A DNA stretch of 63,948 nucleotides, filler included, from Candidatus Hydrogenedentota bacterium (GTDB lineage: Bacteria; JBFMHD01): NCBI GenBank assembly GCA_040752395.1. It is 11 parts of 11 records of this genome, joined end to end, with 100 filler letters (N's around TTAATTAATTAA, not from the genome) between each part and the next. Parts side by side here need not be neighbours in the genome. Positions count along the whole stretch, not along the records: positions 37,306 to 55,085 come from JBFMHD010000028.1; positions 55,186 to 58,221 come from JBFMHD010000280.1; positions 58,322 to 61,332 come from JBFMHD010000281.1; 8 more parts are not named here. The stretch is one strand, 5' to 3'. The notes below the pieces were generated by a model. The model made no database searches, was not told the DNA's origin, and saw only the letters and a list, made by a program, of their open reading frames with translations. The position numbers and the translations under genes were made by a program. Shown here one piece after another: positions 50,673 to 60,001 of this stretch. Numbering within the stretch: the first letter of the stretch is position 1; every line of letters starts with the position of its first letter.

Positions 50673-52685
50673 ATGAGAGTATTTGAGATACTTAAAGATT
50701 TAATTAATAGTAAAGAGAGCACTTATCAAAATAATAATATTGATACTTTTTTAAAGACTCTTAAGACCGATGATGACTTTGTTATCTATCAATTACCAAG
50801 GATTTCTCACTCTTTTATTGCAGATTACCTTGATCTACAACTCGAAATTATTGAAAAAGTAATATCTTATTATACTGGCGTCATTTATCTAAGAAATAAT
50901 GAGGGTAATTTAGGCCTCTTTTCAATAAAGGGAAGTGATAATTACCTTAAAAAATATGTCGAGATAGAATCAGGTATCGGGCCTATCGGCTGGTGCTATA
51001 AGTACGGTAAACCACTGAATATCCCGTCATTAAAAGAGAGAACAAGAACATTATATCATTACAAATATAACCCTTCTGTTAAATCTCTTATCTGTGCTCC
51101 TTTATGGATAGGCAAAAAGTCAGTTGGTGTTATAGCATTAGATAGTCAGAATCCCAATGCATTTGATGATAATGCTGTGAAGACTTTATATAATTTTTCT
51201 TCGGCAATCAGCCAGTTTCTTGAGATGCGCTCAAAGATTATCGATAATGACTCTAATTCTCGGTATTATTACAGAATAAACACGATTATCCAAAAAATGC
51301 TTAATACAGAGTTTATAACTACTCTATCAAAAAATCTGTTTGAAGAGATACATAAATTAATGCCATATAAAAAAGGGTGTATTTTTATAGCGAATGAAGA
51401 AACAATAAAAATAATAGATACCTCTGGTTATAATGATATTTATAGTAAAAATGTGCTTTTAAAAATTCATACAGATATAGCTCAATTGTCAATGAAAAAT
51501 AATCAAGTTTTAAAATACGACACTAATTTTAAATCTAATTATCTGCCATCTCTATCTCTCTCTGTCAGCTCTGAAAATATAGAAGAATCCTGTATCGCCA
51601 TACCCTCTACTTGTGATAAACTTCACTTTTCGCTTGTTTTAACCTCAAATGAACAGTACTTTTTTGAGGATGAAGATATTAATTTATTAAATGAAATTTT
51701 AACCTGTTTTTCGAAATGTTATCTCAACCTCAGTAAAATTGAGGCTATTTCTTCAGCTTCTAGTAAAAATAAATTAAAAATAGATATTCTTACTGATTTA
51801 CTCAATATTACAAACTTAAAAGATTTTTCACGATATCTATGTTCTAAATTAGTTGAAGTCTTAAAAGCAAAATCAGCTGGTGTTTTTTATTTAAAAGAAG
51901 AAAACGATTTAAAACTTTATTATACATTGGGCGAATTTCCTGACTTTTTAACAAGAACTTATCTCCCCGAAACTCAGGCTATATTGAAATCAATATCTAC
52001 TTCAACATCATTTCAGATAATTGATACTTCCTCTAAACAGATAGTCGTTTTACCACTTTTAAATAATGAATTTTTATTCGGTGCTGTGCTTCTTTCCTGT
52101 GATACTAAAAGATTAAAATTAGAGATATCAAGGGTTTATAAAGAAATTATCCCTGTTTTTGTTTCTTCATTTATCAAAATTGTAGAGACTGAAAAACTAA
52201 AACATAAATCCAATACCGACCCTTTAACAGGCATCTATAACCGCAATTTTTTCTTTGATGAACTAAGACTCCAATACGAGAGAAGCAAACGGACAAAAAA
52301 AGAGTTTGCACTCCTTATGATAGACATAGATAATTTTAAATATATTAACGATACCTACGGCCATCCTGTTGGCGATTGCGTCCTTATAAATGTCTCGAGT
52401 AATCTTTCTTCAAATCTACGTGATATGGATATCCTGGCAAGATATGGCGGTGAAGAGTTTATTGTTCTTCTCCCTGAAACCACTATGAACGAGGCATATC
52501 AAATCTCTGAGCGAATAAAATTCTGCGTAAGCTCATCAAAAACCTATGATCTCTCCATCTCGATTTCCATAGGTATTGTCACTTCAACTGAAGCAAACTC
52601 GTTAGATGAATTACTGAAAAAAGCAGATAAAGCATTATACACCTCCAAACAAAACGGCAAAAATAGAATTACATGCTATAAATAA
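50673..52685 (+). CDS. GAF-domain diguanylate cyclase
   Basis: GAF domains; TDPLTGIYNR, DIDNFKYINDTYGH, RxxD I-site (RDMD) and RYGGEEF. Confidence 0.95.
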   Translation: MRVFEILKDLINSKESTYQNNNIDTFLKTLKTDDDFVIYQLPRISHSFIADYLDLQLEIIEKVISYYTGVIYLRNNEGNLGLFSIKGSDNYLKKYVEIESGIGPIGWCYKYGKPLNIPSLKERTRTLYHYKYNPSVKSLICAPLWIGKKSVGVIALDSQNPNAFDDNAVKTLYNFSSAISQFLEMRSKIIDNDSNSRYYYRINTIIQKMLNTEFITTLSKNLFEEIHKLMPYKKGCIFIANEETIKIIDTSGYNDIYSKNVLLKIHTDIAQLSMKNNQVLKYDTNFKSNYLPSLSLSVSSENIEESCIAIPSTCDKLHFSLVLTSNEQYFFEDEDINLLNEILTCFSKCYLNLSKIEAISSASSKNKLKIDILTDLLNITNLKDFSRYLCSKLVEVLKAKSAGVFYLKEENDLKLYYTLGEFPDFLTRTYLPETQAILKSISTSTSFQIIDTSSKQIVVLPLLNNEFLFGAVLLSCDTKRLKLEISRVYKEIIPVFVSSFIKIVETEKLKHKSNTDPLTGIYNRNFFFDELRLQYERSKRTKKEFALLMIDIDNFKYINDTYGHPVGDCVLINVSSNLSSNLRDMDILARYGGEEFIVLLPETTMNEAYQISERIKFCVSSSKTYDLSISISIGIVTSTEANSLDELLKKADKALYTSKQNGKNRITCYK

Positions 52686-52731
52686 TTTAATTCTATTGAC
52701 TTATTAGCTTATTCCAAAATATTATTAGAAT

Positions 52732-53643
52732 ATGAAATTATATAAATGCTCTGTTATTATTTTTTTATCCATCTTTTGTTTGTCCGGTTCCATATACTCG
52801 ATTGATTGGAAATATAAAGAAGACGAGTATTTTTATTATAGTGAAAAGTTCTCAAACAACACTATTGTAGTAGTTAATCAGAAACGTATCTTCCCCGATA
52901 AAAAAAACAAATATAAAACAAAAGTTGAGTTAATAAATGGAGTTAACCTTATCTCGGCAAGAATAATAGAACCGCCTCTAGAAAAGATATATTATTATTG
53001 TATTCTTCATAAACTGCCACGGCCTGTTATAGAAAAAGATAAATATGTTATTTTTACCAACGTAAAAGATCTTATGGTAAGAGGGGATGTTGCAGCTAAT
53101 ATAGGTTATGTCTCGGTTTTTGGCCAGCGGTTCCCTGAAGGATATTTTAATTATAAAACAAAACTTTTTTTTGAGGAAAATCTTTTAGAGATAAAGTTCG
53201 GAAATCAGCCATCATACTACCACGGCCCTGAAAAAATACTCTTTATTTATGATTATATACCGCCTCAAATATTATTCATAGAAACAGAATATCATAAAGA
53301 AAAATATAAAACGTCTTTGAGGCTTAATATTATAGATAAAGGTATCTACATAGAACGCGGTAGCGGTATCAAAATTAAAAAAAGATATTACATAATTGTT
53401 GGTTCAGAAAAAGAGAATAAAACCTACAAAATATATTTAAAAAAAGATTCTGATATATTTTCACAGGAGATATCTGCGAGGAGGTTTAGAGACAAGATTC
53501 TAACATTACTCGGGAGCAATATTGAAGATAATGCAGGTAATAAACTTCTAATACCAAAGGATTTAAAAATAGATATATTATTCAGCGGGGCCCTCAAGTG
53601 CAAGATCCTCAAACGAGGCGAGATGCTTAACAAAAGACAATGA
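52732..53643 (+). CDS. Hypothetical secreted protein
   Basis: 303-aa ORF with signal peptide and upstream TTGACT promoter-like motif; 3' end overlaps dnaB convergently. Confidence 0.6.
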   Translation: MKLYKCSVIIFLSIFCLSGSIYSIDWKYKEDEYFYYSEKFSNNTIVVVNQKRIFPDKKNKYKTKVELINGVNLISARIIEPPLEKIYYYCILHKLPRPVIEKDKYVIFTNVKDLMVRGDVAANIGYVSVFGQRFPEGYFNYKTKLFFEENLLEIKFGNQPSYYHGPEKILFIYDYIPPQILFIETEYHKEKYKTSLRLNIIDKGIYIERGSGIKIKKRYYIIVGSEKENKTYKIYLKKDSDIFSQEISARRFRDKILTLLGSNIEDNAGNKLLIPKDLKIDILFSGALKCKILKRGEMLNKRQ

Positions 53644-54966
53644 AACTATACCTGTTGGCCCATTTCTCTGTTTTGCTATATTAATCTCAGCGAGACCACT
53701 ATACTCCGGTTTCTTAGGAAAATATATTTCGGGTCTGTAGATAAACATTACCATATCAGCATCCTGTTCAATCGAGCCGCTCTCACGTAGATCAGAGAGC
53801 TGTGGCATCATATCTTTTGTGCTACGTTTTTCAGGTGCACGTGATAGCTGTGATACTGCAATCAGTGGTATCTCAAATTCTCTTGCTATCTGTTTCAATC
53901 CAAGAGATATCTCACTTACTTCCTGTACTTTATTCTGATACTTCTGTATAGAACTCATCAATTGAAGATAATCAACAGTCACAAGGTCTATCTTCCCCAC
54001 TTCCTGTATAAGTCTTCTCAACTTGGCTTTTATATCTACAACGTTGAGCTGTGGTTTGTCATCGATATATATCGGTGCCTTTCTCAAAGCTATCTGTTTT
54101 ATCCCTATCATTGCAAGAAGACGTTTATCAATCTTAGCTGTTCGTAGTAAATGCAAATTTATGCCGCTCAATCTTGATAACATCCTCATCATTAATTGTT
54201 CAGCAGGCATCTCAAGAGAAAACATAGCTATAGAATATATCTTTTCTTCACCCTCTCCTGCCTTTTCACCGCTACGTGGCAGAATCCCGGTTGCCCTCAT
54301 CGCAACATTTAAAACAAAAGCTGTCTTCCCCATCCCCGGTCTCGCAGCTACAATTATTAAATCAGATTTCTGAAACCCTGCTGTCATCTCATCAATCTTT
54401 GCATAACCCGATGATACACCTGTTATCCCCTCACCTATCTCAATCCTCTGTATCACGCCTGGCAGTTTTTCATCTATGATTTTACTAAGCGGTACCAAAC
54501 CTTTGTCAATTTTATCCTGCACTATTTCAAAAATTCGCTGCTCCGATTTATCAATTATCTCTTTTATCTCCTGTCCCTGATCATATCCCATCTTCGCCAT
54601 CTCATCAGAAACTTGTATTAATTTTCTTCTTAAAGATTTTTGTTTAATTATTTCTACATAAGTATAAGCATTCGCAGGTATACCCACCCCATCAAAAAGA
54701 GAAAGTATATAATCGATCCCGCCTGCAGCCTCAACAGCATTTTTTGAGATAAGAACATCCTTTAAAGTTATAAGGTCTATTGGTCTATTATTCTGAAAGA
54801 GATCAATCATTGCCTGATAAATAACTCTGTGGCTTTCTCTGTAAAAATCATCTAGCTTTAATTTATCTATATAGTATGTTATTAATTCGGGTTCGGTTAA
54901 TATTGCCTGAATAAATGATTTTTCAGCCTCTATATCATGTGGTAAGACTTGAGCTATATCTTCCAT
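53578..54966 (-). CDS. dnaB: Replicative DNA helicase
   Basis: PHDIEAE, AARPGMGKT, FSLEM, DYLQLM, SQLSR, DLRESGSIEQDAD, KQRNGPTG. Confidence 0.98.
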   Translation of the reverse strand: MEDIAQVLPHDIEAEKSFIQAILTEPELITYYIDKLKLDDFYRESHRVIYQAMIDLFQNNRPIDLITLKDVLISKNAVEAAGGIDYILSLFDGVGIPANAYTYVEIIKQKSLRRKLIQVSDEMAKMGYDQGQEIKEIIDKSEQRIFEIVQDKIDKGLVPLSKIIDEKLPGVIQRIEIGEGITGVSSGYAKIDEMTAGFQKSDLIIVAARPGMGKTAFVLNVAMRATGILPRSGEKAGEGEEKIYSIAMFSLEMPAEQLMMRMLSRLSGINLHLLRTAKIDKRLLAMIGIKQIALRKAPIYIDDKPQLNVVDIKAKLRRLIQEVGKIDLVTVDYLQLMSSIQKYQNKVQEVSEISLGLKQIAREFEIPLIAVSQLSRAPEKRSTKDMMPQLSDLRESGSIEQDADMVMFIYRPEIYFPKKPEYSGLAEINIAKQRNGPTGIVSLSFVKHLASFEDLALEGPAE

Positions 54967-54969
54967 AAC

Positions 54970-55085
54970 TCTCCTCTGAAAAACATTCTAACTCTAATAA
55001 TATCAAGTAGAAGCAAGAGGCAAGAGGCAAGAAGCAAGATAACGGAAGAAGTGAGAGGTGTCAGGACAGGCTACAGGCTACGGAC
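54970..55085 (-). repeat. Mosaic element with the RBS module of dnaB, at a contig end
   Basis: Reverse complement ...CTACTTGATATTATTAGAGTTAGAATGTTTTTCAGAGGAG-4 nt-ATG. Confidence 0.92.
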
Positions 55086-55185
55086 NNNNNNNNNNNNNNN
55101 NNNNNNNNNNNNNNNNNNNNNNNNNNNNNTTAATTAATTAANNNNNNNNNNNNNNNNNNNNNNNNNNNNNNNNNNNNNNNNNNNN

Positions 55186-55560
55186 TTCATTGGATACCAG
55201 GGCATTGCATCCCAGAGTTCTGGTTTATTGCTGCTGTATTCATGGTGACTCCATAGGGTAAGCAAACTCAAAGTAATCCCTACCATGTTGACAAACCGTT
55301 CAAGCGCTTTTTTTTTTACGACATTGATAATCTGAAAGTCCGAGATATTGTTTCATATCCCTAAATCCGGTTTCCAAACTAAAGCGCCCAGATATACGGG
55401 TTAATACTTCTTCCACTGAAAGATTGACATGCGTACAGAAAAAACAAGCGGCTTCCTTTGGTTTAGTAAAGACGGATTTAAAGTGATTTAAATACTTGTC
55501 AAAATTCTTTGGTGGCTGTATACTTTGATGTGTAGTAAACATTGAAGTTTCGTCCGTATA
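55186..55560 (-). mobile_element. Internally deleted IS701/IS4-like transposase remnant
   Basis: N-terminal YLNHFKSVFTKP is joined directly to C-terminal FFCT...RFSLETGFRDMKQYLGL..YQCR. Confidence 0.7.
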
Positions 55561-55622
55561 GTGTTGATTATTTAATTGTAGTCAATATTATACGGGAGCT
55601 TTTTATTTTTTCAAGGTAAAAT

Positions 55623-56090
55623 GTGCGAAAGTATAGTTTAATTATAAATCAAGAAAAAAAGAGGGTTCATATAGAACCAGGTGATATTTTATTAGATGTT
55701 TTAAGAAGAAATGGTTATAAGGGTGTAAAAAGAGGTTGTGGTGAAGGAGAATGCGGTGCGTGTATTGTACTACTTGATAATAAACCTGTTAATTCCTGTC
55801 TTATACTCGCTGCTTCTGTTGAAAATAGAGAAATAACCACCATCGAAGGTTTAGGAAGTGTTGATAAACCACACCCGCTACAAAAGGCTTTCGTTGAAAA
55901 AGGTGCTATCCAGTGCGGGTTCTGTACCCCGGGTATAATTTTAGTCGCAAAATCATTACTCGATTGTAACCCGAACCCAACCGAAGAAGAGATTAAAAAA
56001 GCGCTTGATGGAAATCTGTGCAGATGTACTGGCTACGTTAAGATTATCGAGGCTGTGAAAAGTTTATGCAAAATTTATGGAAAGACATAA
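55623..56090 (+). CDS. Xanthine dehydrogenase / CoxS-family 2Fe-2S subunit
   Basis: GCGEGECGAC, AIQCGFCTPG, GNLCRCTGY. Confidence 0.95.
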   Translation: MRKYSLIINQEKKRVHIEPGDILLDVLRRNGYKGVKRGCGEGECGACIVLLDNKPVNSCLILAASVENREITTIEGLGSVDKPHPLQKAFVEKGAIQCGFCTPGIILVAKSLLDCNPNPTEEEIKKALDGNLCRCTGYVKIIEAVKSLCKIYGKT

Positions 56091-56128
56091 AAGGTTTTTA
56101 AGTGAGATGGCGGAATTAAGAAGAGCAG

Positions 56129-58221
56129 GTGAAAGAAAATATGGTAAGTGAGGTTTTTCACTCGGTTAATAAAATCGATTCACTCGGGCTTGCCTGTGGA
56201 GTGGAAAAGTTTACAGATGATATCGATTTAAGAGATATGCTCTATGTAAAGATGTTATCAAGCCCTTATGCACATGCAAAAATTAAAAATATTGATACCT
56301 CTAAAGCCGAGTCTGTCCCTGGTGTTAAGGCGGTCCTGACATATAAAAATGTTCCAAGAGTAGCACATACAACAGCAGGCCAGGGCTTCCCTGAACCATC
56401 ACCCTATGATACCTATATCCTTGATTCAAAAGTAAGATTTGTCGGTGATAGGGTGGCTTTTGTCTGTGCTGAAACAGAAAAAATAGCAGAACAGGCTTTA
56501 AAACTCATAAATCTTGAATATGAGGTTTTAAAACCTGTATTTGACCCAAGAGATGCCTTAAAAGAGAACGCACCGATTATCCATAATGAAAAAGATGCAA
56601 AAATGATTATCCCGATGTTTTATGACCCAACGAAAAATATCTGCGCTGCTGTAAATGCATCTGTAGGCGATATTAATAAAGGACTTAAAGAATCAGATAT
56701 TGTTATAGAAAATGAATACGAGATACACTACGCTTCGCATTGCTGTATTGAAACACATATCGCAATAGCATATATCGATGAACGAGGTAGAATTGTTATA
56801 AGAACATCTACACAGGTCCCGTTTCATGTAAGAAGGATTATCTATCAGTGTACAGGTATACCTATAAAAGATATACGCGTTATTAAACCACGAATAGGTG
56901 GCGGGTTTGGAGGCAAACAAGAGATATTGCTTGAGGATATCGTTGCGTTACTCGCTTATAGATTAAGAAAACCAGTAAAATTTCAATACACACGGCAAGA
57001 AGAATTTGTTTCAAGCCGCACAAGACACCCACAGATAATTAAACTCAAAACAGGTATTAAAAAGAACGGGATTATCAATGCTATAGATATGGATGTACTG
57101 ATGAATAATGGTGCTTACGGAGCCCATGCTTTAACTGTGGGTTGTAATTCGGGTTCAAAGTGTTTACCAATGTTTAATAAAGCTACTGATATAAGGTTTC
57201 AATTAAAGACCGTTTACACTAATTTACCTGTGGGTGGTGCATATCGCGGTTATGGTGCCACGCAATCGTATTTTGCTATGGGGGTTCAGGTTGACGAGTT
57301 AAGCGAAGCCATCGGAATGGATGTTGTAGAAGTATGGCGAAAGAACCATATAAAAGAGGGAGAGGGCTCGCCTGTGTTTCAGATGCTTGGCGAGGGCAGA
57401 GAAGGGGTGGAGATGAAGATCGGCTCTTGTGGATTACCTGAATGTATAAATATAGGGCTCAAAAAGATCGACTGGTATAATAAACGAAGAAAAAAGATTA
57501 GAAATAAAAATAAAGTTCGTGGAGTTGGGATGGTCTGTTTGATGCAGGGCTCAAGTATCCCTGAAATTGATATGGGTGCAGCAAGTATCAAAATGAACGA
57601 TGATGGCTCGTTTAATCTTCTTGTCGGTGCTACTGATTTAGGTACAGGTTCAGACACCATTTTAGCCCAGATCGCAGCTGAAACATTAGGCTGCAAAACA
57701 GAAGATTTTATCGTTTACTCATCTGATACTGATATCACACCATTTGATGTCGGCGCTTATGCCTCCTCGACTACATACTTATCAGGTGCCGCTGTAATGG
57801 ATACTGCAAATAAAGTTAAAGAACAAATAATCGGTGTGGCTCTGGAGATGATGGGATTAAATAAAAAGGAGGTAATAGAATTACAGAATAGATTTGCTAT
57901 ACATAAGAAATCCGGTAAAAAAGTATCATTCAGAGAAATTGCTTATTATTCTCTATATCAGAAGAATCAGTTCCAGATAGGTGCTATAGCCTCAAAAATA
58001 ACTCATAAATCTCCACCACCATTTGCTGCGCATTTTGCTGAGGTAGAGGTTGATGAAGAAACAGGTAAAGTAAAGGTTGTAAAATACGTTTCTGTAACTG
58101 ATTGTGGGATACCAATAAACCCTCGATTAGCTGAAGGGCAGGTTGAGGGCGCTGTAATTAATGGTATCTCGTATGCATTAACTGAAGAGTATATTTTTAA
58201 TAAAACAGGGAGAATCTTAAA
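56129..58221 (+). CDS. Xanthine dehydrogenase-family molybdopterin-binding subunit (3' end cut by the contig end)
   Basis: SPYAHAKI, STQVPFH, IGGGFGGKQ, GAYRGYG, GTGSDT, GAYASSTT. Confidence 0.93.
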
Positions 58222-58321
58222 NNNNNNNNNNNNNNNNNNNNNNNNNNNNNNNNNNNNNNNNNNNNTTAATTAATTAANNNNNNNNNNNNNNNNNNNNNNN
58301 NNNNNNNNNNNNNNNNNNNNN

Positions 58322-58507
58322 TTACATCTCTTAAAAGACCGTAAAAAAGAACGTAAGCGGTTATATAACGAATTTGTTTTGTTCTGGCAGCAGCTGAAAA
58401 ACGAAAATACGATTAATAACCTCATCAACCTTTTATACTTGTATATCAAACCGAAAACCAGCGAACCTAAAGACCCTCACTGTAATCCCTTGGTTACACG
58501 TGAGTAA
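58322..58507 (+). CDS. 3' end of a possible CHAD-domain protein
   Basis: Manual translation LHLLKDRKKERKRLYNEFVLFWQQL...; context next to a phosphoesterase-HD gene. Confidence 0.4.
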   Translation, partial: LHLLKDRKKERKRLYNEFVLFWQQLKNENTINNLINLLYLYIKPKTSEPKDPHCNPLVTRE

Positions 58508-58640
58508 GAAGTAAAAAGTAAATAGTAGGAAGTATCATTAAGAAAGTAAGAAGTATCAGATATATAATGAAAAACTGATGATAGTTTTAATCTTTTAATC
58601 TTTGAATTTTTTGAATCTTTCAATCTCTGTGCCTTTGTTA
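58504..58640. repeat. Degenerate mosaic element (GTAAGAA heptamers, ATGAAAAACT, TTTAATCT 8-mers)
   Basis: Periodic 7-8-nt repeats starting at the upstream stop codon. Confidence 0.65.
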
Positions 58641-58642
58641 AC

Positions 58643-60001
58643 ATGCGAATCGCATTAATCGGTGATATCCACGCAAACTTACCTGCTTTAGAATCTGTTT
58701 TAGAACATGCTACTAAAAATCATTGCGAAGCTATCTGGAATATCGGTGATTTTGTTGGTTATGGACCGTTCCCTGATGAAGTCGTTCGCAGAATAATTAA
58801 AGAAAAAGCTCTTAGCATTATCGGTAATTATGACCTTAAAGTGCTTGAATTAGGGTCACACACCAAACCGAGTGGTAAAACCACAACCAGTGTAAAGAAA
58901 AACTCTGAAAAATTGCTTGCTTTCAAATGGACCTATAATAACCTGACAAAATCAAGTAAAGAATATTTAGCTTCGCTGCCACGTGAGATCCGACTGGTAA
59001 TCGAGGGTAAAAAGATACTCCTTGTTCATGGAACCCCGTATTCAATTGAAGAACATCTTTACCCTCATACAAAAGAAAAACGTCTAAAAGAGATAGCTGC
59101 ATCAGCTAACGCAGATATTATTATCTGCGGTCATTCTCATAACCATTTTATTCGCCCTGTTAATAATGTGCTCTTTATAAATACAGGGAGCGTAGGCCGG
59201 CCCGATGACGGTGACCCCAGAGCCTGTTACGCAATACTCGATATCTCAAAAGATTCTGTCAGTGCTAATCATTTCCGCATTGATTATGATATCGATAAAA
59301 CTGTTAATGAGATTCGTAAACAGGCTCTACCTGAAAACTTTGCACAGATGATAATCAAAGGAAGAAGCCTGGAATATGTTGTGAAGAAGACAGAAGACAG
59401 AAGACAGAATAAGAAAAAACAAAAAATTAGAGAATCGGTTTATAAATTTGCTGAGAGCTATGAATATGCCAAAGAGCATTCAGAACAGGTACGCTTTATC
59501 TCGTTTCTGTTATTTGATGAATTAAAAACATTACATAAACTTAATGAAGCTGAGAGATTTTATCTTGAGTGTGCCTGTATCTTACATGATATCGGTCTTA
59601 TGTATGGTTTAAGCGGCCATCATAAGACTTCTTTACAACTTATCTTACAGTCATCTCTTTTTAACAAACGCGAGCGACTTATTATTGGCTCTATAGCGCG
59701 TTACCATCGTAAAGCACTGCCCTCTAAAAAACATAAGCATTTTGCTCAACTCGATAAAAAAGACCAGAAAATCGTCTGCATCCTCTCCGGGATATTACGT
59801 TTAGCTGATGCACTCGATACAAGTCACCAAAGTATTATTCAGAATATTACCTGTAAAATCTCAAACAAAAAAATCAAGATTACGTGTTATACAAAAAGTC
59901 AATATGAAGAACCTCTGGAACGAATTATTCGTAAAGCCGAGCTATTCAAACAAATCTTTAATAGAGAACCAGATGTTAGATGGGTGCATCAAGTGGCTTA
60001 A
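58643..60001 (+). CDS. Metallophosphoesterase (YfcE-like) fused to a Ppx/GppA-type HD domain
   Basis: GDIHAN, GDFVGYG, GNYD, CGHSH, NTGSVG; then H...V, ILHDIG, HHK, ARYHRK, LRLADALD. Confidence 0.88.
   Translation: MRIALIGDIHANLPALESVLEHATKNHCEAIWNIGDFVGYGPFPDEVVRRIIKEKALSIIGNYDLKVLELGSHTKPSGKTTTSVKKNSEKLLAFKWTYNNLTKSSKEYLASLPREIRLVIEGKKILLVHGTPYSIEEHLYPHTKEKRLKEIAASANADIIICGHSHNHFIRPVNNVLFINTGSVGRPDDGDPRACYAILDISKDSVSANHFRIDYDIDKTVNEIRKQALPENFAQMIIKGRSLEYVVKKTEDRRQNKKKQKIRESVYKFAESYEYAKEHSEQVRFISFLLFDELKTLHKLNEAERFYLECACILHDIGLMYGLSGHHKTSLQLILQSSLFNKRERLIIGSIARYHRKALPSKKHKHFAQLDKKDQKIVCILSGILRLADALDTSHQSIIQNITCKISNKKIKITCYTKSQYEEPLERIIRKAELFKQIFNREPDVRWVHQVA

Noticed and set aside
53578-53643. 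66-bp convergent overlap of dnaB and a hypothetical gene
   Set aside because: Short 3' overlaps are common and there is no sign of function.
1582-57696. Numerous short antisense ORFs inside well-supported genes
   Set aside because: Shadow ORFs with no motifs or RBS.
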